The notes under the pieces were generated by a model. It ran no database searches. It was given only the letters and a program-made list of their open reading frames with translations, and was not told the DNA's origin. DNA of 64,000 nucleotides from Betaproteobacteria bacterium (GTDB lineage: Bacteria; Pseudomonadota; Gammaproteobacteria; Burkholderiales; SG8-39), in NCBI GenBank assembly GCA_947476535.1, contig CANJRC010000008.1, positions 845-64,844 of the forward strand, given 5' to 3'. How positions within the stretch are numbered: the first letter of the stretch is position 1; every line of letters begins with the position of its first letter. Position numbers and translations under genes: made by a program. Positions 1-10,642 of the stretch are shown here, piece after piece.

Positions 1-672
1 GAGATCGAGTTCAATGCCGCTGCGCGCCGCTTCCTTGGCATACGCGGTTGCAGTGGGCGGCTTGGCGCCGATGCGCAATGCAACTTTTTCGGCCTCCGTC
101 GCCAGCTGGGTGTTGTCCGCGACCAGGCGGGAAATGGCGCCGATGCGGAATGCCTCCTGCGCATCGATCCGGTCACCGGTGAGCATCAGGTCGAGGGCAC
201 GGCCGAGGCCAACAATGCGCGGCAGGCGTTGCGTGCCGCCGCCGCCGGGAATCAGCCCAAGGCCAGTCTCCGGCAATGCAAAGATGGCGTCGGCCGAGGC
301 GATCCGGATGTCGCAAGCCAGCGCAATCTCGAAGCCGCCCCCCATGCAGATGCCATGTATGGCTGCGATGGTGGGCTTGGTGGCACGCTCGAGCGCGTCG
401 AGGTAGGTGGCCCGCAGCATCCGTCGCCGCGCTTCCACCGGCGTCTCCGCGCCCCGGGCTTCCTTGATGTCGGCACCGGCACAGAATCCTCGCGGCCCCG
501 AACCCGTCAGGACGATGGCGCGCACTTCGGCATCGGCATCGGCCTGCTCCAGCGCCTGCACCAGGCCATTACGGACGTTGTCGTTGATAGCGTTGATCTG
601 GTCGGGGCGCGTGAGCGTGATCCAGGCAACGCTCTCGCGCCTTTCATAGTTGATGGCGTCATTGATGGTCAT
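1..672 (-). CDS. Enoyl-CoA hydratase/isomerase (crotonase), 3' end outside window
   Basis: Hand translation from ATG at 672 (MTINDAINYERRESVAWITLTRPDQINAIND...FCAGADIKE...GGGFEIALACDIRI...FALPETGLGLIPGGGGTQRLPR) shows crotonase motifs; near-copy of 54636..55424. Absent from the ORF track because it runs off the edge. Confidence 0.92.
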   Translation of the reverse strand, partial: MTINDAINYERRESVAWITLTRPDQINAINDNVRNGLVQALEQADADAEVRAIVLTGSGPRGFCAGADIKEARGAETPVEARRRMLRATYLDALERATKPTIAAIHGICMGGGFEIALACDIRIASADAIFALPETGLGLIPGGGGTQRLPRIVGLGRALDLMLTGDRIDAQEAFRIGAISRLVADNTQLATEAEKVALRIGAKPPTATAYAKEAARSGIELDL

Positions 673-762
673 ATTTTCTCCAGGTGTACTCGGCGGAGCA
701 CACCAGCCTGACGGTGGCGCGCTCCGGTTTTCTCAATGCGTCAGCGGACGAGCGTTCGCCGG

Positions 763-1959
763 TCAGGACTTCCAGTTCGCCAACAGCGGATCGACGCGAT
801 AGAAGCCGTGCAGCCAATGCGGTGCAGCCTTCTCCTTGGCGTTCAGCACCTCGATGATCTTCGCGATGCCGTAGTCGGGAATGTAGTCGAAGATGCCCTT
901 GGGCCAGCCGAAGGCCAGGCGCATGGACTTGTTGACGTCCTCCACGCTGCCCACGCCATGGGTCACGCACCAGGCGGCGGCATTCAGGGCCGGGGCCATC
1001 AGCTGCACCGGATCGACCTTGTCCGCCAGTTCCTTCGGGATATCGGGCTTCACGTACTTCTTGCCGGGATACTCATAGAACCCCTTGCCCGTCTTCACGC
1101 CGGACAGGCCCTTGGCCGCCATGTCGGCCCAGACTTCCTTGGCGAGGTATGTGTAGGCATTGCGGAATTCCGGCCATGGCTCGTAGTCGGGGTGTTCTTT
1201 AAGGATTTCCTCGACGGAGGCCAACCCCTTGGGACGGATGTCCACCGCGCCGGTGAAGTCGAGCAACTCGAACTCGCCCATCGGCAGGCCGATCTTGTAG
1301 CGGGTGACCGCGTCCAGCGTCCGGTGGTCGGCGACCCCGGCCAGTTGCATGGCGCAGTTCTCGATGGAAAAACCGACCCGCGCGCGCGCGGCGAGAAAGA
1401 ACCACACATCGCGCTGCGAAATCACCGTCTCCTTGCCGTAGCGCGTGCATAGGTCCAGCGTCGTCTGCAGCGTGGCATCGTCGGTCTTGTTGCTCTTGAT
1501 GATTTCCACCAGTTTCATCAATTGCGGCGGGTTCATCCAGTGCATGCCGATGACCTTTTCCTTGTTCTTGACCTTGCCGGAGATCGCCTGGATCGACAGA
1601 CCGCTGGTATTGGTGCCGAGGATGGTGTCCTTGGGCGCGTGGGCTTCCACTTCCGCCAGCAGGTTGCGCTTGAGGTTGATGTCCTCGAACACGGCTTCAA
1701 CGACATACTGCGCATCGCGAACACCGTCGGCGAGACTCGATGTCGTGCGGATCCGGCCCAGCACGGCTTCCGGGGTGTCCTTGATCCGGCCCTTCTCGGC
1801 GAGGCGCTTCAGGCTGTCGCCCATTTTCTGCCTGGCGAACGCCAGGGCATCCTCGGATTTGTCGATAAGCACCACCGTCTGGCCCGACATCGCAGCCACC
1901 TGCGCAATGCCATGACCCATGAGTCCACTGCCAATTACCGCTACTTTTTCGATTGACAC
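763..1959 (-). CDS. 3-hydroxyacyl-CoA dehydrogenase family protein
   Basis: GSGLMGHGIA Rossmann motif, EAVFED, TNTSGL, GMHWMNPP, LVEII; GTG start with GGGAG upstream. Confidence 0.9.
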   Translation of the reverse strand: MSIEKVAVIGSGLMGHGIAQVAAMSGQTVVLIDKSEDALAFARQKMGDSLKRLAEKGRIKDTPEAVLGRIRTTSSLADGVRDAQYVVEAVFEDINLKRNLLAEVEAHAPKDTILGTNTSGLSIQAISGKVKNKEKVIGMHWMNPPQLMKLVEIIKSNKTDDATLQTTLDLCTRYGKETVISQRDVWFFLAARARVGFSIENCAMQLAGVADHRTLDAVTRYKIGLPMGEFELLDFTGAVDIRPKGLASVEEILKEHPDYEPWPEFRNAYTYLAKEVWADMAAKGLSGVKTGKGFYEYPGKKYVKPDIPKELADKVDPVQLMAPALNAAAWCVTHGVGSVEDVNKSMRLAFGWPKGIFDYIPDYGIAKIIEVLNAKEKAAPHWLHGFYRVDPLLANWKS

Positions 1960-2089
1960 TACTTTCTCCCGTTTCTTCTGATGAATCGAACTGTTGCGAT
2001 CGTGCCTGGCTGCCCCGGCGCCACCGCCGGCCCGCCCGACATGGTCTGAAAAATTCCCATCCTAACGACGCACTACTATAGCCGAGACT

Positions 2090-2956
2090 TCATGGTGGGA
2101 GCGACTCGCCAGCCGCCTTTTCCGCCGCATCCACGGTCTGCGCCATGAGGGTCGCGATGGTCATCGGGCCGACGCCTCCGGGTACCGGCGTGTAGGCCGA
2201 ACAGGTAGCGATGACGGCCGGAATCTCGATGTCGCCAACGCCCCCCGGATGATAGCCGGCGTCCACCACCACGGCGCCCGGCTTGATCCACGCGCCCTTG
2301 ATGAACTGCGGCTTGCCCACCGCCCCCAACACGATGTCGGCCTGGCGAACGAGGTCGGGCAGGCCCTGCGTCCTCGAGTGACAGATCGTGACCGTGGCGT
2401 TGGCATTCAGCAGCATCATGGCCACCGGCTTGCCAAGGATGGGGCTGCGTCCCACCACCACCGCGTGCTTGCCAGCCAGCGTGATCTTGTAATGCGCGAG
2501 CAGACGCATGATGCCGGCTGGCGTGGCCGAACCGTAGGCTGCTTCACCCATGGCCATCTTGCCGAAGCCAAGCACCGTGACGCCGTCCACGTCCTTGGCG
2601 AGCGCAATGCGGTCGAAGCAGGTGCGCTCGTCGATCTGCGAAGGCACCGGGTGTTGCAGCAGGATGCCATGCACGCGCGGATCGGCATTCAGCTTGTCGA
2701 TTTCAGCCAACAATTGTTTCGTGGTGGTGGATTGCGGCAACACGACCTTGCGCGACTCCATGCCCACGCGCTGACAGGCATTGCCTTTCATTTTCACGTA
2801 AGTGGCTGACGCCGGGTCGTCACCGACGAGGATGGTGGCGAGAATCGGCGGCTCATTGCCCCCCTTGCCCCCTGCGCGAAGCGCAGTGACGCGCTTGCCG
2901 AGTTCGGCTTCCATTTCCAGCGACAGGGCCTTGCCATTGAGTACGAGTGCGGGCAT
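2090..2956 (-). CDS. folD: Bifunctional methylene-THF dehydrogenase/cyclohydrolase
   Basis: [49 protein letters not shown] signatures. Confidence 0.96.
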   Translation of the reverse strand: MPALVLNGKALSLEMEAELGKRVTALRAGGKGGNEPPILATILVGDDPASATYVKMKGNACQRVGMESRKVVLPQSTTTKQLLAEIDKLNADPRVHGILLQHPVPSQIDERTCFDRIALAKDVDGVTVLGFGKMAMGEAAYGSATPAGIMRLLAHYKITLAGKHAVVVGRSPILGKPVAMMLLNANATVTICHSRTQGLPDLVRQADIVLGAVGKPQFIKGAWIKPGAVVVDAGYHPGGVGDIEIPAVIATCSAYTPVPGGVGPMTIATLMAQTVDAAEKAAGESLPP

Positions 2957-3054
2957 TGCAGTTCTTCCCTATTCGATTGGGCGAACCCGTATTTTTGCAC
3001 GAAGCATGCCCGCCGGCCCACTCCCGGCACAGGAATCCTGCCTGTGGCCTTCCG

Positions 3055-3374
3055 CTACAACCCCGCAGGCCCGGGCTTGCGCGCAATGAGGTTCAGGCTG
3101 ATCGCCACGCCCTTGAAGCGATACATGCTGGTGTCCTCGAAGAGGCCGAATGCCGCCGTGCGCTGCACATCGACGAATCCCGCTTCTGCAAGGAACCAGC
3201 CGAGGAGCTCCTCGTTCAACCCCACCGCCTGGTAATCGCATCGAAGGTGCCATCCGGGAATCGCGACAGATCGTTGGCATTGCCCACATGGTTCACATAG
3301 GGCGCGGGGTTGGCGTTGAGCACCTCCCAACCTTCCTTCGCAACAGTGCCGCCGATGTGCAGGCGCCGCGTCAT
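3055..3374 (-). pseudogene. SAM-dependent methyltransferase-like gene with internal deletion and frameshift
   Basis: N-terminal part MTRRLHIGG...GWEVLNA...HVGNANDLSRFPDGTFDA starts in an ATGA overlap with the upstream stop, then switches frame at ~3238 to a C-terminal part DYQAVGLNEELLGWFLAEAGF...ISLNLIARKP. The central core expected between them is missing. Confidence 0.7.
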
Positions 3375-5221
3375 GGCTTTGCCTCCACGAGATGCCCAGG
3401 GGCACTGTCGCGCGCAGCGCACCAGGCGGACCAGGCCTTGCGATATAGCGCCTCCAATGCGCGTGTGAAGGCCGGCCCGTCGCACAGGCCATGCCTTTGT
3501 ATACGATCGCGCAAATCCGCGCGCAACGCGGCGAGGCCCGCGCGCTGCGCCGGCGCCGCCCACTCTCGGGCGATGGCCACAAACCCCTCGGCATCGGCGG
3601 CAATGAACTGCGACAGCCCGATCGCCGTGAGAAGACTGGCCGACGTCCGCGACTGCCCATGGGTTCCCGCCAGTGTGATCACCGGCAACCCGGCCCACAG
3701 CGCCTCGCAGGTGGTGGTGGTCCCGTTGTAGGGATAGGCGTCGAGCACCAGGTCGATTTCCTCGCGAATGCGCCAGAACTCGCGCTCCTCCAGCGCCCCC
3801 ATCACGCGCAGCCGCGCGGGCGCAATGCCTTCGGCGGCGAAAAAGCTGGCGATGCGCTCGCGGCTGCCGGCATCGGTCACGCTGGTCACGGTGAGCTTCG
3901 CTGTGGGCACCTCGCGCAGCACCCGCGCCCACAGGCCCAGCGTCACCGCATTCAGCTTGGACGGGTTGTTGAGGGAGCCGAACATGATGTCCCCGCTACG
4001 CATCGCGGGCAGCGGGCTCACCGCCGGCGCCGTGGGCTTGGGCCGGTAACACCACTGCGAATTCGGTAGGCGCAACAGCTTCTCGGTGTGAAATGCCTCC
4101 GCGACGCCGGGCGGATCGGTTGCCGCATCAGTGATGCGGTAATCCATGCACTCGAGGCCGGTGGTCGCCGGGTAACCGAGGTAACTGATCTGCACCGGCG
4201 CCGGCTTGCGGGCGAACACCGGCAAGCGGTGCCCGAGCGTGTGGCCCGACAGGTCGATGAGGATATCGATGGCATCATCGCGGATGCGTGCAGCCAGCGC
4301 AGCATCATCCAACCCCGCGGCCTCGCACCAGGCATCGCCGGCCGCATCGCAGATTGCGCGCAGCGACTTGCTCTGTACATCGTCGTGCGCGCGCGTGGCA
4401 TAGATAAACACCTCGAACGCGCTGCGATCATGGTTGCGCAGAATCGGTTCGATGAAGTTCGCCACGGCATGGTCGTAGAAATCCCCCGAGCAGTAGCCGA
4501 TGCGCAGCCGCCGCGCCGCGTCACGCACATTGGCATGCGGTCGCACGAGAACGCGCAAGGGTTCCTCGTGCTGCTTCGACCATGCGCGAAATTGCGCAAA
4601 CACCACCTCAGGCGATGCGGTCGGCGAATGCAACAAGGCAAATAGCAGGTTGGTCGCAGCATCCATATTGCCGGGTTCGAGGTGCAGCGCTTTCCGGAAG
4701 CGCACGATGGCCTCGTCCGGCATGCCGCGCCGCTGCAAGGTAAGGCCGATGGCATCGAGGAGTTCGACCCGGCCCGGACCCTGACCGCTGGCGTCGCGTT
4801 GCACATCAGTCGATTTGGGCAATGCCCGCAATGCCGCCTCGTAATGCTCTCCTGCTTCGGTGAACTGGTGCGAGCGCAGGGCAATGGCGCCCAGATTGGC
4901 ATGCGGCGGCTGCCATGACGCATCGAGCCGTCGCAGTGCATCGAAGCAGCGCGCCATGGCGGCGCGATCACCACGCATGGCATGGCAGAGTCCGAGATTG
5001 TTCAGTGCTGGCGCAAGTGTCGGGTCGATGGCAAGCGCCGCCTCGTAAAAACCTGTCGCAGCCAACAGGTCTCCCGCGACGAATGCGCGATCGCCCTGCC
5101 CCGCCTTCGCGGCAGCGTCCGGCTCCATGGACGCCGACGGGTCTTGCGGGCCCGGGTGCTGTTCGCGCGCAAGACCGCGCCCCCCGGCACTGAACAAACC
5201 ACTGAGCAATCGCTTCAGCAT
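3371..5221 (-). CDS. TPR-containing O-GlcNAc transferase-like glycosyltransferase (GT41/SPINDLY-like)
   Basis: N-terminal TPRs; RLRIGYCSGDFYDHAV, DILIDLSGHT, KPAPVQISYLGYPATTG, FGSLNNPSKL, LDAYPYNGTTTTCEALWAGLPV. Start placed at MLKRLL (5221). Confidence 0.9.
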   Translation of the reverse strand: MLKRLLSGLFSAGGRGLAREQHPGPQDPSASMEPDAAAKAGQGDRAFVAGDLLAATGFYEAALAIDPTLAPALNNLGLCHAMRGDRAAMARCFDALRRLDASWQPPHANLGAIALRSHQFTEAGEHYEAALRALPKSTDVQRDASGQGPGRVELLDAIGLTLQRRGMPDEAIVRFRKALHLEPGNMDAATNLLFALLHSPTASPEVVFAQFRAWSKQHEEPLRVLVRPHANVRDAARRLRIGYCSGDFYDHAVANFIEPILRNHDRSAFEVFIYATRAHDDVQSKSLRAICDAAGDAWCEAAGLDDAALAARIRDDAIDILIDLSGHTLGHRLPVFARKPAPVQISYLGYPATTGLECMDYRITDAATDPPGVAEAFHTEKLLRLPNSQWCYRPKPTAPAVSPLPAMRSGDIMFGSLNNPSKLNAVTLGLWARVLREVPTAKLTVTSVTDAGSRERIASFFAAEGIAPARLRVMGALEEREFWRIREEIDLVLDAYPYNGTTTTCEALWAGLPVITLAGTHGQSRTSASLLTAIGLSQFIAADAEGFVAIAREWAAPAQRAGLAALRADLRDRIQRHGLCDGPAFTRALEALYRKAWSAWCAARDSAPGHLVEAKP

Positions 5222-5243
5222 CGGCCTGCCGCGTGCTTCGACG

Positions 5244-5993
5244 TCAGGGCAATTCGGGACGAAGGTAGCCATCCGCCAGGCGCAGCACGCGATTGGCGCT
5301 GGCGGCAAGGCCGGGCTCGTGGGTCACGATGATGAAGCTGGTGCCGCGACGGCGGTTCAAGTCCAGCATGAGTTCATATACCTGCGCCGCGGTCTCGCGA
5401 TCGAGGTTACCGGTGGGCTCGTCGGCAAGCACGCAGGCGGGTTCCGTCACCAGTGCCCGGGCCAGCGCGGCGCGCTGGCGCTCGCCGCCGGACAACTCCC
5501 CCGGCGTGTGCTCGAGACGCTCTCCCAGCCCCACTTCGTGCAGGATGGCCGCGGACGCAGCATATGCTGCGTCCCGCGGCATGCGCCGGATGAGCAGTGG
5601 CATGGCCACATTCTCCAATGCCGTGAACTCGACCAGCAGGTGATGGAACTGGTACACGAAGCCGAGCGAGCGATTGCGAAGGTCTCCCTGCTCTGCCTCC
5701 GACAGCGAATCCATTCGCCGACCCAGCACGGTCACCTCGCCGCCGCTGGGCGCATCCAGCCCGCCCAGCAGGTGGAGCAGCGTGCTTTTTCCTGAACCGG
5801 ATGCCCCGACAATGGCTACCAACTCGCCTTTGGCCACGGAAAAATCCACGCCCCGGAGCACGTGGATCTGTGCGCTGCCCTGCGCGTAGGCCTTGCACAG
5901 GCCACGGCTTTCCAGCACCGGCGTCGCTGCACTTTCCGCGCTTTCCGCGCTTTCCGTACGGTTTGCCGCGACATTGCCCATGGCCTCACTCAT
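5244..5993 (-). CDS. lolD: Lipoprotein-releasing ABC transporter ATP-binding subunit
   Basis: Walker [39 protein letters not shown]; adjacent to lolC/E. Confidence 0.95.
   Translation of the reverse strand: MSEAMGNVAANRTESAESAESAATPVLESRGLCKAYAQGSAQIHVLRGVDFSVAKGELVAIVGASGSGKSTLLHLLGGLDAPSGGEVTVLGRRMDSLSEAEQGDLRNRSLGFVYQFHHLLVEFTALENVAMPLLIRRMPRDAAYAASAAILHEVGLGERLEHTPGELSGGERQRAALARALVTEPACVLADEPTGNLDRETAAQVYELMLDLNRRRGTSFIIVTHEPGLAASANRVLRLADGYLRPELP
5932..5956. repeat. 9-bp tandem repeat (CTTTCCGCG) in the lolD N-terminus, encoding ESAESAES
   Basis: ctttccgcg ctttccgcg ctttccg read directly. Confidence 0.8.
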
Positions 5994-7257
5994 AGCGCAG
6001 CGCCTCGGCCGGGTTCACGCGTGAAGCGCGCCAGCTTGGGTACAGGGTCGCCAGCAGGCTCAGCACCAGCGACATGACGGCAATCGTCAGCACGTCGGCG
6101 CGCTGCAGGTCCGAAGGCAGTTCGCTGATGTAGTAGATGTCTTTTGCTAGGAACTGCACGCCCAAAAGGCTTTCGATGAACGGCACCACGGTGCTCACAT
6201 TGAGTGCCAGCAGGATGCCGCCCACGACGCCGATCAGCGTGCCGATCACGCCGATCAGCACGCCCTGCACGATGAAGACGCGCATGATGCCGCCCGGGCT
6301 CGCACCCAGCGTGCGCAGGATGGCAATGTCGGCGCGCTTGTCGGCCACCGCCATCACCAGCGTGGACACGATGTTGAACGCCGCCACCGCGACAATCAGC
6401 ATCAGGATGATGAACATGACGTTCTTCTCGATCTGCACGGCGCGAAAGAAATTGGCGTGGCTCTTCGTCCAGTCGGTGATGTACAGCTCCCGGCGCTGCT
6501 CGACCTGCAGGCGGGTCGTCAGCGCCTGCGCCACCTGCCGCGACTGGAACAGGTCGACCAGCTTCAGGCGCACGCCCGACACGCGATCGGCCATGGAGTA
6601 GAGCTTCTGCGCATCCGCCAGATGAACGAGCGCGAGACCCGAGTCGTACTCGAACATGCCGACTTCGAAGACGCCGACCACGCGAAACTGCTTGAGCCGC
6701 GGCAGCACCCCCGCCGGGGTCACCAGGCCCTGAGGGGCAATCAATGTGATGCGCTCGCCGAGCCGCACACCCACCGCGCGTGCCAGCTCCGAACCGAGCA
6801 CGATGCCGAACTCGCCTTCGCGCAGTGCATCGAGCCGGCCGGCGAGCATATGGCTGCCGATGTCGGCGACCTTGGCCTCCTCCTCGGGCAGGATGCCGCG
6901 CACCACGGTGCCGCGCACTGCCGGTCCGGAAGACAGCAGTCCCTGCGCATTCACGTACGGCGCCACGCCAACCACCGCGGCATCGGCTTTTGCCGCGGCG
7001 GCCACGGTCGGCCAGTCCGTGAGTTCCCCCGCCGGGCCCGACACCTGCACATGCGAGGCCACGCCGAGGATGCGCGCGCGCAGCTCCTTCTGGAAGCCGT
7101 TCATCACCGACAGCACCACGATCAGCGCCGCCACGCCCAGCGCAATGCCCAGCATGGAGGTGAAGGAAATGAAGGAAATGAAGCGGTTACCGCCGCTGAC
7201 CTTCTTGCGTGCCCGGGTATAGCGCAGGCCGACGAACAGTTCGTAAGGAAGATTCAC
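5986..7257 (-). CDS. lolC: Lipoprotein-releasing ABC transporter permease (LolC/E family)
   Basis: [75 protein letters not shown]. Confidence 0.93.
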   Translation of the reverse strand: MNLPYELFVGLRYTRARKKVSGGNRFISFISFTSMLGIALGVAALIVVLSVMNGFQKELRARILGVASHVQVSGPAGELTDWPTVAAAAKADAAVVGVAPYVNAQGLLSSGPAVRGTVVRGILPEEEAKVADIGSHMLAGRLDALREGEFGIVLGSELARAVGVRLGERITLIAPQGLVTPAGVLPRLKQFRVVGVFEVGMFEYDSGLALVHLADAQKLYSMADRVSGVRLKLVDLFQSRQVAQALTTRLQVEQRRELYITDWTKSHANFFRAVQIEKNVMFIILMLIVAVAAFNIVSTLVMAVADKRADIAILRTLGASPGGIMRVFIVQGVLIGVIGTLIGVVGGILLALNVSTVVPFIESLLGVQFLAKDIYYISELPSDLQRADVLTIAVMSLVLSLLATLYPSWRASRVNPAEALRYE

Positions 7258-7342
7258 CGCCGCAGTGTGCCATATCGGGCAGCCCTAGGGTGGCCTTCGC
7301 CGGTCACTGACTCGCGTCACGCGCCTGTTAGACTCGCCCCAC

Positions 7343-8455
7343 ATGCATGTTCACCTGCTCGTCCCCGACCTCCTGCGCAAGGATTACCTCGCCCCCGACC
7401 GGCGGCATTATCTGCTCCCGGACAGCGACAACACCGCGCCTGCCCTGCCTTGCGCCGAAATGATCTTCGCGCGCGGGCGGCGAACGACCATCGGCGACAG
7501 TCTCTACAGTTGGCTGGCCGCGCGCCATGGGCTGCCGGAGGCGGCGCTCACCGCCGCCACGAGCCTGCTCGGCGACGGCGGCACGCCCGGGACCACACAT
7601 TGGCTGCGTGCCGACCCGGTGCAACTGACCGTCGATCGCGACGCGCTGGTCCTCGCCGATGCGTGCGTGTTCAGCATCACGGCAGACGAAGCCACGGCCC
7701 TCGCCCAAACCGTCAACGCGCACTTCGCGCCGACACTGGCATTCGATGTCACCACGCCGCTGCGCTGGTATGCACGACTGAACGAAGGGTTTGCCGCAAC
7801 GGCGCCCGCAACGGCGATTCAATGGACACCCGTGCACGCGGCGCGCGGCCAGGCGATCCAGGGCAACCTGCCGCAAGGCGCCGAAGCGATGCGCTGGAAC
7901 GCCATCGCCAACGAAGTGCAGATGCTGCTCCACGAACACCCGGTCAACACTGCGCGCGAAGGGCGCGGCGAGCCGGCCATCAACAGCCTGTGGTTCTGGG
8001 GCGCGGGCGGCATTGCCACACCCGAGGCACGCGCCTTCGACCAGGTGCATGCCAACGACCCGGTCATTCGCGGGCTGGTGCAGTCGGCCGGCGGCAATGC
8101 TTCGGTGCTGCCGGCGAGTGCACCCGAATGGTTGCGCATCGCCCGCGACTCGGGGCGCGCGCTCGTCATGCTGGATGGCCTGAGCGGGCCCGCCGCCTAT
8201 GCCGACCACGCGGGCTGGATGACACAGGCGCACCACATCGAACGCGAATGGCTCGATCCACTACTGGAGGCCCTGCGCCGCGGCCGCATCGGCATGCTGA
8301 GCATCACCGCATTGGGCAGCCGCGACAGCTCAGCCAATGAGGAATCAGGTTCGTCGGGGATCGAGGTCGAGGTGGTGCGCGGCGACCTGCGGCGCTTCTG
8401 GCGCCGTATCAAACCCTTGGAACGCTATCTCAACCTCACCGGGGAGCGCACGTGA
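7343..8455 (+). CDS. Phosphoglycerate-mutase-like protein commonly found upstream of recJ in Betaproteobacteria
   Basis: WLRADPVQL, NEVQMLLHEHPVN, INSLWFWGAG motifs; stop overlaps the recJ start. Confidence 0.75.
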   Translation: MHVHLLVPDLLRKDYLAPDRRHYLLPDSDNTAPALPCAEMIFARGRRTTIGDSLYSWLAARHGLPEAALTAATSLLGDGGTPGTTHWLRADPVQLTVDRDALVLADACVFSITADEATALAQTVNAHFAPTLAFDVTTPLRWYARLNEGFAATAPATAIQWTPVHAARGQAIQGNLPQGAEAMRWNAIANEVQMLLHEHPVNTAREGRGEPAINSLWFWGAGGIATPEARAFDQVHANDPVIRGLVQSAGGNASVLPASAPEWLRIARDSGRALVMLDGLSGPAAYADHAGWMTQAHHIEREWLDPLLEALRRGRIGMLSITALGSRDSSANEESGSSGIEVEVVRGDLRRFWRRIKPLERYLNLTGERT

Positions 8456-10188
8456 CAGACGCCCAAGTCTCCGTTCGCAAGGTTCCGTTGCGCGCCGAGG
8501 ACAAGCTGGTGCGCGCCGGCGTGCACCCCATCATCGCGCGATTGGCGGCCGCCCGCGGCATCGCCGACAAGAGCGAGCTTGACGACTCGCTGGCCGGGCT
8601 TATCCCGCCCACCGACCTGAAGGGGGCAGCCGAGGCCGCAACACTGCTCGCCGACGCCATGGAAAAAGGCGAGCGCATCGTCATCGTCGCCGATTACGAC
8701 TGCGACGGCGCGACAGCCTGCGCGGTGGGCGTGCGGGCCATGCGGGCCATGCGCCTCAAGTCCGGGGCGCGCGCCGGCCAGGCGGCTGACGTGCGCTACA
8801 TCGTCCCCGATCGCTTTCGTTTCGGCTACGGACTCACGCCGGAAATCGTGCAGCTCGCGGCCGAACTCAAGCCCAGCCTGCTGGTCACCGTGGACAACGG
8901 CATCGCCAGCGTGGAGGGCGTGGCCGCCGCTAACGCCCTGGGCATCCGCGTCATCGTCACCGACCATCACCTGCCTGGAGCGGAATTGCCCGCGGCCGCA
9001 GCCATCGTCAACCCCAACCAGCCGGGCTGCACGTTCCCGAGCAAGAATCTCGCGGGCGTGGGCGTCATGTTCTACGTCATGCTGGCGCTGCGCGCCGAGC
9101 TGCGGCGGCGCGGCGTGCTCGAGGGCGAAGGGCCCAATCTCGGCGAGCTGCTCGATCTGGTGGCGCTCGGGACCGTCGCCGACGTGGTCGCGCTCGATCG
9201 CAACAACCGCGTGCTGGTGGCGCAGGGACTCAAGCGCATCCGCGCCGGGCGAATGCAGCCGGGACTTCGCGCGCTGTTCGCCGTGGCCGGGCGATCGAGC
9301 ACGCGGGCGGCCTCATTCGACATGGGCTTCCTGCTGGGACCTCGCATCAACGCCGCCGGGCGCCTCGCGGACATGGCACTGGGCATCGAGTGCCTCGTCA
9401 CCGAGGATGCCGGGCGTGCGCTGGAGATTGCCCGCAGCCTCGACGATCTCAACCGCGAGCGGCGCGGCATCGAGGGGGACATGCGCGAGCAGGCCGAGAA
9501 GATGCTCGCCAGCGTCAGCGTCGGGGATTCGTACTCGCTGTCGCTGTTCGATCCGGCCTGGCATCAGGGCGTGGTGGGCATCCTCGCCGGGCGCGTGAAG
9601 GATCGCTGGCACCGGCCCACCATCGCCTTCGCCCGCGCCGAGGACACCGGCGGTGCGCAGGAATTGAAAGGATCGGGCCGCTCCATTCGCGGCCTGCACC
9701 TGCGCGATGCGCTCGATCTTGTCGCCAAGCGCGAGGCGGGCGTGCTGATCCGCTTCGGCGGCCACGCTGCGGCGGCAGGCGTCACCCTCCTCGAATCGGA
9801 ACTGGCGCGATTTTCTGCCGCATTCGAGCAGGCGGTGCGCGACATGCTGCCCCCGGAGGAACTGGCCCACCGCATCGAGACCGACGGCTCGCTCGAGCCC
9901 TCCTACATGAGCCTCGCCACCGCGCGCCTGCTGGAGGACCAGATCTGGGGACAGGCTTTTCCCCAGCCGCTGTTCTGGGACGAGTTCAGCGTGGTGAGCC
10001 AGCGCATCGTCGGAGAGAAACACCTCAAGCTGAAACTTCGGCGCGGCGACCAGACGCTGGAGGCCATGCACTTCAACGCATCCGAACCACTGCCCGCCGC
10101 CGTGAGAGCTGCCTACCGAATATCAGTCAACGAGTACAACGGCGTGCAGAGCCTGCAACTCATCATCGAGCATTGGGAAGTGCCGTGA
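8452..10188 (+). CDS. recJ: Single-stranded-DNA-specific exonuclease RecJ
   Basis: ADYDCDGAT, TVDNGI, TDHH, LAGVGV, GTVADVV, GPRINAAGRL, KGSGRS, FGGHAAAAG. Confidence 0.97.
   Translation: MTDAQVSVRKVPLRAEDKLVRAGVHPIIARLAAARGIADKSELDDSLAGLIPPTDLKGAAEAATLLADAMEKGERIVIVADYDCDGATACAVGVRAMRAMRLKSGARAGQAADVRYIVPDRFRFGYGLTPEIVQLAAELKPSLLVTVDNGIASVEGVAAANALGIRVIVTDHHLPGAELPAAAAIVNPNQPGCTFPSKNLAGVGVMFYVMLALRAELRRRGVLEGEGPNLGELLDLVALGTVADVVALDRNNRVLVAQGLKRIRAGRMQPGLRALFAVAGRSSTRAASFDMGFLLGPRINAAGRLADMALGIECLVTEDAGRALEIARSLDDLNRERRGIEGDMREQAEKMLASVSVGDSYSLSLFDPAWHQGVVGILAGRVKDRWHRPTIAFARAEDTGGAQELKGSGRSIRGLHLRDALDLVAKREAGVLIRFGGHAAAAGVTLLESELARFSAAFEQAVRDMLPPEELAHRIETDGSLEPSYMSLATARLLEDQIWGQAFPQPLFWDEFSVVSQRIVGEKHLKLKLRRGDQTLEAMHFNASEPLPAAVRAAYRISVNEYNGVQSLQLIIEHWEVP
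10120..10188 (+). repeat. Left copy of recJ 3'-end direct repeat (attL-like)
   Basis: 54/69 identical by hand alignment to 57348..57416; exact 25-bp core AGTACAACGGCGTGCAGAGCCTGCA at 10133-10157. Confidence 0.9.
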
Positions 10189-10222
10189 TATGACATTACA
10201 GCGATATTGACAGGCAGCGCCC

Positions 10223-10642
10223 TCAGAGCCCTTTGCTTACACTGCCCAGAGCGATCTTCCAGGCCGAGAAGCGCTCGGCACTGGACGGAAATTTGGGATG
10301 GTTGCAGCGTGCGATCACAAGCGTGCCCCCGTCCGCCGCAAACTCCATTGCCTCGATGAACGACAGTTGCTCCTCATAGGCTTTCCGTTGGTCGTCGCGC
10401 ACCTGCTTTGACTCCTCCGAGGACCACAGCGATTTCCCGCGGAGATTTTCAATCACCTTCTCCACGATCTGTTTCTGCTGTCCACCCGTCGGATCACAAA
10501 GATAAAGGCTGCCGTTCGCCTTGTCGCCCGCGTCATAGGTGATTGCCGTATTGCGAAAAATCGCAGCGCCGTCCCAGGTCGGGGCTGACTGATTTGCTGC
10601 AGCGGCACCGACATCTAGACGGCTTTCTTTTATGTCACTCAT
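10223..10642 (-). CDS. Hypothetical protein (139 aa)
   Basis: AGGAG RBS upstream of the ATG; natural-looking composition; no family recognised. Confidence 0.7.
   Translation of the reverse strand: MSDIKESRLDVGAAAANQSAPTWDGAAIFRNTAITYDAGDKANGSLYLCDPTGGQQKQIVEKVIENLRGKSLWSSEESKQVRDDQRKAYEEQLSFIEAMEFAADGGTLVIARCNHPKFPSSAERFSAWKIALGSVSKGL

Noticed and set aside
6457-8340. Long alternative or antisense ORFs (627 aa here; also 35691..36926, 61989..63500, 4018..4983)
   Set aside because: Typical shadow ORFs of high-GC genes, with biased composition and no motifs.
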